A stretch of 64,000 nt of DNA from Abditibacteriaceae bacterium (GTDB taxonomy: Bacteria > Armatimonadota > Abditibacteriia > Abditibacteriales > Abditibacteriaceae), in assembly GCA_965277285.1 (NCBI GenBank), contig OZ255721.1:2944001-3008000 (forward strand), given 5' to 3'. Below the pieces are notes generated by a model, which searched no databases, was not told the origin of the DNA, and was given only the letters and a program-made list of their open reading frames with translations. This document shows, in pieces, positions 29,258 to 38,704 of this stretch (its first letter is position 1; the number at the start of each line of letters is the position of its first letter). Position numbers and translations under genes: made by a program.

Positions 29258-30934
29258 TTAAGCTGTGGAATCGTTTTGGGCGGCTTGTGCCAAAGGCAAG
29301 GTGACGAAGAACGTGGTGCCTTGACCAGGTTGGCTTTCCGCGTGGATATTTCCGCCGTGGCGTTCGGCGATTTTGCGGCAAATAGACAGGCCAATGCCGG
29401 TTCCTTCATATGTGCTGCGCCCGTGCAAGCGTTGAAACGGCTCAAAAATGAGATTGGCGTGCTGTTCCTCAAAACCGATGCCGTTGTCTGTAATCTCGAC
29501 CGTACATTGGTTTTGTTGTGCATCAACAGTAGCCGAGACTTTGATGATGGGCGGCACGTCGGGGCGCTGAAACTTCAATCCATTGCCGATCAGATTTTGG
29601 AAAAGCTGGCGCATTTGCAAAGCGTCGGCTTGCACGGCGGGCAATTCGCCGACTTCGATTTGCGCATGGTTGCTGGCGATGCGCGCTTCCAAATCGGACA
29701 AGACACCGGCGATAACGCCGTTCAAGCGCACGCTGGAAAATGGCCGCGATTTGCTGGTGATGCGCGAAAGGCTCAGCAAATCTTGAATCAAAGTGTCCAT
29801 GCGCCGCGCGGCGTCCAGCATTTTTTCAAGGGAAACTTTGCCATCTTCGCTGAGATTGGCGGCACATTTTTGTTCGAGACGCGTGCCGAACATTTGGATT
29901 TTGCGTAACGGTTCCTGCAAATCGTGCGAAGCGACCGACGCGAATTGTTCGAGTTCGCGGTTCGAGCGATTGAGTTCTTCGGTTTGCTTGGCTTGGATGC
30001 GCGCGGCATCTTTGCGCTCCGTGATGTCTTTGACAACGCCCGCCAGGCCAATCGTTTCGCCGCGCGAATCGCGCACCACAAAGGTTGTCAGTTCAACTGG
30101 AACGCGCGAGCCATCTTTGCGAAAGTATTCTTTTTCATATTCGACGGGCTGCCCACTTTCGATGATGCGACCGATGATTTCCGCTTCGCTTTGGTGATAT
30201 TCGGGCGGCGTCAGCTTTTGATAATCGCTGGAAAGAATTTCGTCGCGCGAATAATAGGTCAATCGCTCGAAGGCGCTGTTGACATCGAGCATTCGGCCAC
30301 CGAGTTCGGCGAAACCAATGGCGTCCTTGCTCGATTCGTAAATGCCCTGAAAACGTTCCTGCAATTGCAGCAGTTCTTCCTGCGCCCGCTTGCGCTCGAG
30401 GATTTCACTTTCGAGTACTCGATTGGCTTCTTCCAGTTGCACTTTGCGCTGCGAGGAAACGCGCGCTTCTTCCAGCAAATTGAGAATCGGGCGCAACATC
30501 GGCGGCAAAGCGACGGCTGTGACAACCGACGCGACAGCGGTAATCAGCTTGAGATAACCGGCCAGCCAGTAATAAGCTGTGAAAGTCGTCACCACTTCCA
30601 TGAAGTGCGTGCTGCCACACGCGATGATGAAAATGCCGAACGCCAGGAACAACCAGCGAAACGGAATGGTGGCGCGCGCGCGATAAACCAACGTCCCCAG
30701 CGCGCACGAAATCACCACATAGGAAAGGCCAATCGACATATCGGACACGACATGAAGACTGACCAGTTTTGGATCGAAATTGAAACATTCCTGGTGCGGA
30801 TCGTAGCCTGCTGTAGACATCAGGTTGTGAAGTAAGCCAGGCCACAACAACAATAGCGCGGCGCAAATCACCCAGACTGAGGTCAGTTGTAATACCCACG
30901 AACCTTGAATAATTTGCCGAAAGTTTCTGTTCAT
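29258..30934 (-). CDS. Sensor histidine kinase with ethylene-receptor-like TM sensor, PAS, HisKA and HATPase domains
   Basis: SDMSIGLSY...FRWLFLAFGIFIIACGSTH; ASHDLQEPLRKI; QLFQNLIGNGLKF; DNGIGF; GTGIGLSIC. Confidence 0.9.
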   Translation of the reverse strand: MNRNFRQIIQGSWVLQLTSVWVICAALLLLWPGLLHNLMSTAGYDPHQECFNFDPKLVSLHVVSDMSIGLSYVVISCALGTLVYRARATIPFRWLFLAFGIFIIACGSTHFMEVVTTFTAYYWLAGYLKLITAVASVVTAVALPPMLRPILNLLEEARVSSQRKVQLEEANRVLESEILERKRAQEELLQLQERFQGIYESSKDAIGFAELGGRMLDVNSAFERLTYYSRDEILSSDYQKLTPPEYHQSEAEIIGRIIESGQPVEYEKEYFRKDGSRVPVELTTFVVRDSRGETIGLAGVVKDITERKDAARIQAKQTEELNRSNRELEQFASVASHDLQEPLRKIQMFGTRLEQKCAANLSEDGKVSLEKMLDAARRMDTLIQDLLSLSRITSKSRPFSSVRLNGVIAGVLSDLEARIASNHAQIEVGELPAVQADALQMRQLFQNLIGNGLKFQRPDVPPIIKVSATVDAQQNQCTVEITDNGIGFEEQHANLIFEPFQRLHGRSTYEGTGIGLSICRKIAERHGGNIHAESQPGQGTTFFVTLPLAQAAQNDSTA

Positions 30935-31017
30935 TTTTCGCCTTGATGAATGCCGTCTTCGTTGATTCGAGTACTCGATGTCTAAAGGTTACAAGTCAAG
31001 TAACCGATCAAGAATTT

Positions 31018-31120
31018 GTAGGGGCTTGGCATACCAAGCCCTTTTCACAGCGTGATATTTCTTCGACTTATCTCAGTTTTTGCGCACCGGGTTCATACAA
31101 AACGCTTGGCACGCCAAGCC
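31018..31120. repeat. GTAG-type REP doublet (family C), second unit degenerate
   Basis: GTAGGGGCTTGGCATACCAAGCCC ... GCTTGGCACGCCAAGCC. Confidence 0.7.
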
Positions 31121-31130
31121 TTTCCACATG

Positions 31131-32426
31131 TCAATGTTGCAACACATATTTTGCGGCACCGCGCCCCGCGACTGCACCGCTGCTCCACGCCCATTGGAAA
31201 TTGTAGCCGCCCAGCCAACCATCGACATCACAAATTTCGCCCGCGAAAAATAAGCCCGCGTGCAATTTCGACATCATCGAAGACGATTCGATTTCTTCCA
31301 GCGAAACGCCGCCCGCCGTCGCTTCGGCCTTGACGTAATCGCCGACATCGACCACCGGCAAAGGCCAATCGAACAACGCCGTTTTCGCCCGTTGACTTTG
31401 TTCCACACTTAAGCGTCCGACAAACGCGTCGCGTGCCTGCGAGTACTCGATAATCGCTTCGGCCACGCGGCGTGGCAACAATTCCGCGAGGGCATTGAAC
31501 AACGTTTTCTTAGCATTTTTCCCCGCAAAATCGTGCCAGAAACGATTGACCTGTTCGTCATCAATCTCTGGCAAAAGTCGCAAAGTAATTTGCGCGCGCG
31601 GATGTTCGGTTCGTTCACGGATGAAATGGCGGCTGATGTTCAAAGCGGGCGGCCCACTGTAACCCGTGTGCGTGAACAAAAACGAACCGCGATATTTCGC
31701 CAAGGTTTGCTCTCCGTCGCGCAAAGTCAAACGCGCTGGAAGCGTAATGCCGCTCAGGTTCGCATGAATCGCGGGTTGCGCCAACAAAGGCGAAAGCGCA
31801 GGCGTCGTGATTTGAATCGTGTGTCCCAATTGTCGGGCGAAACGCAAACCGTCGCCGTTCGAGCCACTTTTAGGCAACGCCAAACCGCCGGTGCAAAGAA
31901 CCAGAGCGCGCGTTGTTATCTGACCACGCGGCGTTTGCACCGTCCACAAATTGTCCTCTTTCGAGTACTCGATTGCTGTTGCCGGACAATCTCTGACAAG
32001 TTCGGCACCCGCTTTTTCGACGGATTGAAGCAAGGCGTCTAAAACGGCGCGACCGGAATTAGCGACGGGAAAGTATTTGCCCATTTCCGGTTCAAGGTTG
32101 AGCGGCACGCCAATCGAATCGAAAAAGCGGTGCGTGTCCTGTGCGCTGAAAGAACGCAAAATGCGCGCGACAAAACTCTTCGCGCCACGATCTGCGCTCG
32201 TCGTATGAAAACGCGTCGCATCGACTTGCTCGTTGGTGACATTGCAGCGCCCGCCGCCCGCCACCAAAATCTTGGCGCCAATCTTCGGGCGCGAATCGAG
32301 TACTCGAATGCGCGCGTTTGTCACACCTTCTTTGCGAAATCGTTCGCCGCACGCAATAGCGGCCATGAGACCCGCAGCGCCAGCGCCAAGAATGAGGACA
32401 TCGAAGTTATTGGTTTGTGAAATCAC
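31131..32426 (-). CDS. HI0933/BaiN(YhiN)-family flavoprotein
   Basis: ILGAGAAGLMAA, KILVAGGGRCNVTN, LFTHTGYSGP, ATAGGV and GEICDVDGWLGGYNFQWAWSSG motifs. Confidence 0.93.
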   Translation of the reverse strand: MISQTNNFDVLILGAGAAGLMAAIACGERFRKEGVTNARIRVLDSRPKIGAKILVAGGGRCNVTNEQVDATRFHTTSADRGAKSFVARILRSFSAQDTHRFFDSIGVPLNLEPEMGKYFPVANSGRAVLDALLQSVEKAGAELVRDCPATAIEYSKEDNLWTVQTPRGQITTRALVLCTGGLALPKSGSNGDGLRFARQLGHTIQITTPALSPLLAQPAIHANLSGITLPARLTLRDGEQTLAKYRGSFLFTHTGYSGPPALNISRHFIRERTEHPRAQITLRLLPEIDDEQVNRFWHDFAGKNAKKTLFNALAELLPRRVAEAIIEYSQARDAFVGRLSVEQSQRAKTALFDWPLPVVDVGDYVKAEATAGGVSLEEIESSSMMSKLHAGLFFAGEICDVDGWLGGYNFQWAWSSGAVAGRGAAKYVLQH

Positions 32427-32598
32427 GGTTGGAAGACGAAATCTGCGCGGCTGCGTTGTCGCAAAGCAATGAGCGCAAGACGAACAACGCGAAACTATTC
32501 ACGATTGTCTATAGTGACCAAACGTAGTCACTTTGTGGAAGCGAGGAACGAAAGTAAGCCATAGGGTGCAGCGTTTTCTGTGTCGATGTTAATTGCTA

Positions 32599-32877
32599 CT
32601 ACTCAATCGGATCAGATTCGGAAACAGCTATTAGCGAAGCTGAGTCTGCTGAAGCGGCGATGCTAATAACTGGATATAACTGAGATAAATGTTCTTCGAG
32701 TTCACTTGCCAAAGCCAAGAGGGCTGCATCCGTAGGGTCGGCGTCTTCTGGACGAACGTTTAAGTCCCGTTCAACTTCATCTTCTGCAAAAGTGTATTCC
32801 ATCTCAAATGAACAAAACACTTTGAACGTGTAACTGTACTCAGTTTTTGAGCTTTGCTTCTCGTCATTGTTTTCCAT
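32599..32877 (-). CDS. Hypothetical acidic protein (92 aa)
   Basis: ORF starts 4 nt after the stop of the upstream ORF in the AT-rich island. Confidence 0.55.
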   Translation of the reverse strand: MENNDEKQSSKTEYSYTFKVFCSFEMEYTFAEDEVERDLNVRPEDADPTDAALLALASELEEHLSQLYPVISIAASADSASLIAVSESDPIE

Positions 32878-32881
32878 CTTT

Positions 32882-33768
32882 TTATAGCTCCATTAACAGT
32901 CTTTTCGCGTTTAGTGTCATTCTCTCTTTTACAATTGGCGTGATAAATTTGCTGCGCTTAACAGACAGCAAAAAAGCGGCAATGTGTCTTTTGTTATCTA
33001 CCGACAGGAGAATCTCTCGGTAAAGACTTCTGAATTCCTGATTGATTGCAACGTTGGCTGCGTGATATGGAAGCAATTGTTGCATCATATTGAGTATGAA
33101 CTCATAAGACGGAGCTTCACGGAGACGAAGAAGTTGCTTTTGGTCTTTGAATAAGAGTGACGGAACCAGTTTTCTGTTTTCCAAACTCGGCATCCCCTCA
33201 AGTTGGGTTACCTTCTTCCATGCTTTAATTGCATTAAATGAGGCTTTTGCTTGATATATGTTATCTCTTTTTCGGTCGTTTTCAGATAAAGATGATGGGT
33301 CATGCAGCCATTGCAGCCCAAGTCCAAGCCTCCAAATAGCTCTATTGAAGTACCAGTCTGAATAGTGGATGTCGGTAAACCTCCGCCATCGTTCCGATAG
33401 TTCAGCAGGAACTATGTCATGCACCAAAAATAATGTGGTGTGGGTAGGCCTGCATTATACAGATAAATATTGGCACCTACATTTGTGCCTTTATTGTAGT
33501 TATAAAGCCAAGATGAGCACACCCCATTCTCTAACGTTGAAGTGCCTCCCTTTGAAAGTGGCATTATGTGGTCAGCCCAATCGATCATATATGTGCCAGC
33601 AACTCCACCGTCAAGCAGCCATAAATTTTTGCCAGAAAACGCACAGGTGGCCAAATCATTCGCATAGATTTGTGCCTTTTGTATATCAGTAAAATTATCT
33701 CTTGCCATTGCTTGTATCATAGTCGCTAATTCTGTTTTAATTGCAGCAGAACGACCAAGCTCATTCAA
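32882..33768 (-). pseudogene. HNH endonuclease gene apparently split by a frameshift (ORFs 33412..33768 and 32882..33427)
   Basis: CAFSG...DWADHIMPLSKGGTSTLENGVCSSWLYNYNKG is an HNH motif. The two ORFs overlap at TATTTTTGG, where one extra T would fuse them (...PHYFLVHDIVP...). Confidence 0.6.
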
Positions 33769-33851
33769 CGCTAAAACGGAGCGTGAAAATTAAGGAACAA
33801 AGAAAACGAACTTGCAGGTCCGCTATCACCTTGCTATGTTTTCGCCCTGCT

Positions 33852-34202
33852 TCAAAACGGCTTGAACCAAACGGGCTGGCCAGGATTTTTAGGTGCCTTG
33901 TTCTTTGGCAACCGCTCTGGTTCGATGAGATGCCACTCATAATTCCCATCATCGTTTTGCTCATCTGAACATTTTTTGATGATGACAGTGCCGATTAAAA
34001 CGCCTCTTGGCAAATCTTCAGGTTCTATTTTTACCTTTTTCCACGCTTCTTCCGAGACAGCAAACTGTTTGCTGGCGTAAATGTAAACTCGCTCACCAAT
34101 GATGTTCGTGCGAATTGAGCGGTATTCAATTTTCTTTTTGCCCTGCATAATGAGTTCAGCATATGGCTGCCGAACGCTTAAAGCCCTTGTTGTTTTTGCC
34201 AT
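33852..34202 (-). CDS. ASCH-domain protein
   Basis: ALSVRQPYAELIMQGKKKIEYRS...YIYAS...PRGVLIGTV; AAGGAAAG RBS. Confidence 0.88.
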   Translation of the reverse strand: MAKTTRALSVRQPYAELIMQGKKKIEYRSIRTNIIGERVYIYASKQFAVSEEAWKKVKIEPEDLPRGVLIGTVIIKKCSDEQNDDGNYEWHLIEPERLPKNKAPKNPGQPVWFKPF

Positions 34203-34382
34203 TTCATCTTTCCTTTTGTTCCGTTCAAAATTATGACACACCGAAAAGCTATGCGTTACTGCACAATATCGGAGTGTAGCTCGACCAGTCCCGCACCAAT
34301 TTAGATCGAAAATAACACAGTGCAGCCGCCGCACTTTCCTGTGACAACAACTCAATCAAGCACACTATTGAAAATACCGTAA

Positions 34383-34445
34383 TGCAAAACGCCGCGCCCG
34401 ATTTCTCAGGCGCGGCGTTTTTTGCAACATCGAGTACTCGATGTT
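34383..34445 (-). terminator. Intrinsic terminator after gap, adjacent to a 20-bp extended palindrome copy
   Basis: AAAACGCCGCGCC...GGCGCGGCGTTTT, followed by AACATCGAGTACTCGATGTT. Confidence 0.7.
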
Positions 34446-34450
34446 ACGGC

Positions 34451-35467
34451 TTACAAGCCTTTGCTGACCATGAAGTTGATCAGGTCGGCGACGCGGCAGG
34501 AATAGCCCCATTCGTTGTCGTACCAGCTCAAGACTTTCAGCATGTTGTCGCCCATCGTCATCGTCGAAAGCGCATCGACAATCGACGAACGGCTGTCGCC
34601 TTTGTAATCGACGCTGACCAAAGGCTCGTCCGAAACGCCTAAAATGCCTTTCATCGGGCCATCGGCGGCAGCTTGAAACGCAGCGTTGGCGGCTTCGACC
34701 GAAACGCTTTTGCTGGTGTTGACAACCAGATCGACAATCGAAACCGTCGGCGTCGGGACGCGCATGGCGCCGCCGTTCAACTTGCCTTTGAGTTCGGGAA
34801 TGACCAGCGAAATCGCTTTGGCCGCGCCCGTGCTCGAGGGAATGATCGACTGCGCGGCACCGCGCGCGCGACGCAAATCTTCGTGAACCTGGTCGGCGAT
34901 TTTCTGATCGTTGGTGTAACTGTGAACCGTCGTCATAAAGCCGTTTTCGATGCCGAACGAGTCCAAAATGACTTTGGCAATCGGCGCCAGACAGTTGGTG
35001 GTGCAGCTCGCGTTCGACACGATGTTGTGCTTCGACGGATCGTAAAGTTCGCTGTTGACGCCCAGGGCCAGTGTCGCGTCTTCGTTTTTGGCGGGCGCGG
35101 AAATGATGACTTTCTTGGCGCCGCCGCTGTCGATGTGGGCGCGCGCTTTGTTGGCGTCGGTAAAGAAGCCGGTCGATTCGACAACGATGTCGGCGCCGAC
35201 ATCGCTCCAGCGCAAGTTCGCCGGATCGCGTTCCTTGAAGACTTTGACGTTTTTGCCGTTGACGACGAAACCTTCGTCCGTCACTTCGACGGTGCCGGGG
35301 AAATGGCCGTAATTGCTGTCGTGCTTCAACAAAAAGGCGTTGGTCTTGGGGTCTGAAAGATCGTTGATGGCGACGACTTCGATGCTGTCGCCGTACTTTT
35401 CTGTGATGGCGCGAAAGGTGATGCGCCCGATGCGTCCAAATCCGTTAATGCCGACTTTGACTGCCAT
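34451..35467 (-). CDS. gap: Glyceraldehyde-3-phosphate dehydrogenase, type I
   Basis: [30 protein letters not shown] and [10 protein letters not shown] motifs. Confidence 0.98.
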   Translation of the reverse strand: MAVKVGINGFGRIGRITFRAITEKYGDSIEVVAINDLSDPKTNAFLLKHDSNYGHFPGTVEVTDEGFVVNGKNVKVFKERDPANLRWSDVGADIVVESTGFFTDANKARAHIDSGGAKKVIISAPAKNEDATLALGVNSELYDPSKHNIVSNASCTTNCLAPIAKVILDSFGIENGFMTTVHSYTNDQKIADQVHEDLRRARGAAQSIIPSSTGAAKAISLVIPELKGKLNGGAMRVPTPTVSIVDLVVNTSKSVSVEAANAAFQAAADGPMKGILGVSDEPLVSVDYKGDSRSSIVDALSTMTMGDNMLKVLSWYDNEWGYSCRVADLINFMVSKGL

Positions 35468-35828
35468 AAGAGAAAAACTCCTCGTTAAGTTATCGCCGCA
35501 CAGTATAGCAAAAGACGTTTAATGGGCATCCACGAAATGGCGGAGCGTTATCGAGTACTCGAAAGAAGAAAGAACCGCCAAGACGCCGAGGCGCCAGGAG
35601 AAGATGAAGAAATCGGCCTGGCTCATGTTATAATTTACGGTTATTCGAGACGTTGCCAAAACGTGAAGAAGCCGAAATTATTGGCGCGAAGAAACGCCAT
35701 TACAGCGAGCACCAAAGAGCGGAGAACTTTATCATTCGAGGCCATTTCATAGATAAATTACCACTCCAACTGTTCATTGTGCCATTCTGAGTGCGTGCGG
35801 AGAAAGTCGGAAAATGCCATCAAATTCG

Positions 35829-35904
35829 CACTTTGTCATTCTGAGCAAAGCGAAGAATCTGACTTCGGGTTTAGATTCTTCGCTTTGCTCAGAATGACAA
35901 AGTG
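35829..35904. repeat. REPIN-like hairpin, family B (TGTCATTCTGAGCxxAGCGAAGAATCT / inverse)
   Basis: Perfect 32-bp inverted arms. Homologous copies at 57370 and 61558. Confidence 0.88.
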
Positions 35905-35959
35905 TTCAGTTACAGCCTTTGGTTGTCTTTATTAGGTTAGTTGTCGTGTCATTCACGTT

Positions 35960-37276
35960 ATGAACAAGCCAAACCAAGCCGCTTCGCCGGAAGTTTCGCC
36001 GCTTTCTTGGCGCTTTCTCCTTAGCCTTTTCTCTTTTGCTCTCGTTGTGCGCGTTCTGTACATCCTGTTTGCGACTGATAATACGACACTTGGCACTTGG
36101 GCCGATTCGGGTGCCAACATCGCTTTGAGCTTGTTGCACGGCAAAGGCTACGTTAGCTCATGGGAAGTATGTCGCAACTTTCAATCGTTTCGCACGCCAG
36201 TTTTACCGTTTACGCTTTATGCTGTCTGGGCGATTTTCGGTTACAGCATCGTGCTGGCGAAATTATTGATGGCGCTTTTGTCGGCTTTGACATGTGTGAT
36301 TCTGGCGTTGCTGGCGAACCGTTTGTTCGACACTCGCGTGGGTTGGACGACGGGCATAATGGCGGCACTTTGCACCAGTTTCATTCGCTGGAGCGGGACG
36401 TTGGGCGCCGAAACGCTGGCTTTGTTTTTCCTGGTCGCGGGTGTTTACGCGTTTTTGCCGTCGCTGCAAACATCACTGTCGCCACAATCTTCGCAGGCGT
36501 TGCAACCGTCGCAGTCGGCTTCGTTGCGGCGTTTTCTGCTGAGCGGGCTGATGTTTGGTCTTTTGTGCCTGACGCGTCCTTTGTGGCTGCCTTATGTCGC
36601 GCTGACCGCTTTATCTTTCGTCATCGCGCGACGCGACTCACGCGGTTTGAAGCAAGCGACTGCGACGTGCGTTGTGGTGGCTCTGGTGATGTTGCCGTGG
36701 GTGGTGCGCAACACGCTGATTCATCGCACATTGGTTGTCGCTTCCACCGAAGGCGGAATCGCTTTTTTGGAAGCCAATAACCCAATTTCGTTCAAAGGCA
36801 AGGGCGATTGGGCGATGCACTTTGCGGCCAATCAGCGCGATGTGCAACGCGCCTCGCGGGTTTTGCCCGAAGCCGCACTCGACCGTTTTATGTTGCACAA
36901 GGGAATGCAGTACATTGCTGCCGATCCCGCCGATTTTGCGCGCGTCTATTTGCTGCGATTGGGCTATTTATGGCGCCCTGTGCCACCGCCGCAACTGGCT
37001 GGCGATTTATCGCACAAACACATTCTCTGGTTGATAATCTGGTGGGGAACGCTTTCCACGTTAATGGTCGTCGCTTTCTTTCTGTATCGCCCGTGGCGCA
37101 TGGCCGAACATTGGCCGCTGCTGTTGGTGTTGTTGTGGGGTAGTTTGGTGATTCCCACGTTTTCCAGCCAGCTTCGTTATCGCGCGCCACTGGAGCCTTT
37201 CATTTTGCTGTATGGCGTAGCGGGCGGCTTTGCTTTATACGATTTTTGGCGTCGCAGAAAAGCGGCTTCGCGTTAA
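35960..37276 (+). CDS. GT39/ArnT-like (GT-C) membrane glycosyltransferase
   Basis: Multi-TM protein with FRTPVLP, AETL, LTRP, LPWVVRN and RYRAPLEP motifs. Confidence 0.75.
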   Translation: MNKPNQAASPEVSPLSWRFLLSLFSFALVVRVLYILFATDNTTLGTWADSGANIALSLLHGKGYVSSWEVCRNFQSFRTPVLPFTLYAVWAIFGYSIVLAKLLMALLSALTCVILALLANRLFDTRVGWTTGIMAALCTSFIRWSGTLGAETLALFFLVAGVYAFLPSLQTSLSPQSSQALQPSQSASLRRFLLSGLMFGLLCLTRPLWLPYVALTALSFVIARRDSRGLKQATATCVVVALVMLPWVVRNTLIHRTLVVASTEGGIAFLEANNPISFKGKGDWAMHFAANQRDVQRASRVLPEAALDRFMLHKGMQYIAADPADFARVYLLRLGYLWRPVPPPQLAGDLSHKHILWLIIWWGTLSTLMVVAFFLYRPWRMAEHWPLLLVLLWGSLVIPTFSSQLRYRAPLEPFILLYGVAGGFALYDFWRRRKAASR

Positions 37277-37293
37277 AACGACAATCAATGCAG

Positions 37294-37327
37294 AAGCGCC
37301 GCTATCGAGTACTCAACAGCGGCGCTT
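37294..37327. terminator. Hairpin between convergent genes with a palindrome variant at its centre
   Basis: AAGCGCCGCT-ATCGAGTACTCAAC-AGCGGCGCTT. Confidence 0.65.
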
Positions 37328-37404
37328 TGGTGTTTGGCATGTTTTATGTTTGGCTTGGTAGCCGTGTCTGGTAACGATTTGCTGGCGTCGCACCGCGACG
37401 TGTT

Positions 37405-38238
37405 TCACAAGGCAATTCCAATTTCCTGCGCCACCGAACGCACATATTGAGCGGCCAGCGAATATTCGTTCTCGTTGGGCAAATGTTCCAGCAGCAGCGT
37501 GACGTCGGGGTCGACTTTGTTCAATTCCGCCAGAAAAACGCGATAATCCAAACCGCCCAAGCCGGGGCGCACTTCATCCAGATGAACGGTTAGGTGCGTG
37601 CCAAGCGCGATGTCTTTGCCATGACAGCTTTTGACGTATGGTCCCAGCTTGGCGAAACATTCGCGGATGAAATCGGCGTTGCGGAAAAAGCGCTGCGGGC
37701 TGTTCATCATGTTGGCCGGATCGAGATGAACGCCCAGCATCGGGCGGTCGATGGCCTGCAACAAACGCAAATAGTTGTCGGGCGAATCGGGGAAAATCCA
37801 CGGCATCGTTTCCAGCACATAGAAAGCGCGCTTGGGCTGCACCGCGTCGATGATGCCGCGCACGCTTTCTACGATCATGTCGAAGGTTTCCTCACTCATG
37901 TTATTGGGATGCGGCCCATCCCACTGCGTGCTGCGCGAACCGGCGATGTTGACGCAACACCGCGCGCCAAGACGCTCGGCCAGGTCAAGCGATTGGGTGC
38001 ATTTTTCAACGGCGCGCCGTCGCTCTTGCTCGTCGGGCGACAAAGGATTGCTCCACGCGCCCACTTCGGCAATGGCGATGTCGGCTTGCGCGGCGGCCTT
38101 GCCCCACAGTCGCACTTCATCGTCGGGCGTTTGCAGCGAAGCCGGACACAACGCCGCCCGATAACCTTGCTTTTGCACCGCTTGCACCCATAATTCGGGC
38201 GTCGAACAATCATCGAAAACAGGAGCGCCAAAACGCAT
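37405..38238 (-). CDS. Sugar-phosphate isomerase/epimerase (xylose-isomerase-like TIM barrel)
   Basis: LETMPW, VHLDPAN, SCHGKD, PGLGGLDY and LLEH motifs. Confidence 0.85.
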   Translation of the reverse strand: MRFGAPVFDDCSTPELWVQAVQKQGYRAALCPASLQTPDDEVRLWGKAAAQADIAIAEVGAWSNPLSPDEQERRRAVEKCTQSLDLAERLGARCCVNIAGSRSTQWDGPHPNNMSEETFDMIVESVRGIIDAVQPKRAFYVLETMPWIFPDSPDNYLRLLQAIDRPMLGVHLDPANMMNSPQRFFRNADFIRECFAKLGPYVKSCHGKDIALGTHLTVHLDEVRPGLGGLDYRVFLAELNKVDPDVTLLLEHLPNENEYSLAAQYVRSVAQEIGIAL

Positions 38239-38284
38239 AATGGTTCCTTATCGAGTACTCGATTCAGCTTTCATGAATCATTTT

Positions 38285-38695
38285 TTAGGCACTGTTCGCA
38301 ACTATTAGTTCTTGTTCGTCACTTACTTCTTGCAGAGTGAACTGGCGTTGGTTCGCAAATGTGAATGTCAGTTCGCTCAAGGGGATTTTCTGATTGAGAT
38401 GAACTTCGGTGACGATAAGACCAATGAGTTCCTGGGTTTCTTTTGGCTCAATAATTTTGTAAAGATAATCTTTTTCTCTGTATGTGAACGCTTCTTCATG
38501 TAGAAAATCCGGCGGAGCGTTTTCTCTCCAAAATAAAACGCCAGCATCAAAGAAAATACGGTGCCAGACGCCATTGTCCATTTGCATGAAAAGCACATTG
38601 CAAGGCGCGACTAATTGCTTGTCGAGCCAAAATTGCTTGACGCGAATTGCTGTGCAGCATTGTCCAACAATGTTTTTAATGGTGTCCATTTGCAA
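38285..38695 (-). CDS. Hypothetical protein (AT-rich)
   Basis: 136-aa ORF co-oriented between yvcK and the isomerase. Confidence 0.55.
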   Translation of the reverse strand: MQMDTIKNIVGQCCTAIRVKQFWLDKQLVAPCNVLFMQMDNGVWHRIFFDAGVLFWRENAPPDFLHEEAFTYREKDYLYKIIEPKETQELIGLIVTEVHLNQKIPLSELTFTFANQRQFTLQEVSDEQELIVANSA

Positions 38696-38704
38696 ATCGG
38701 AACT

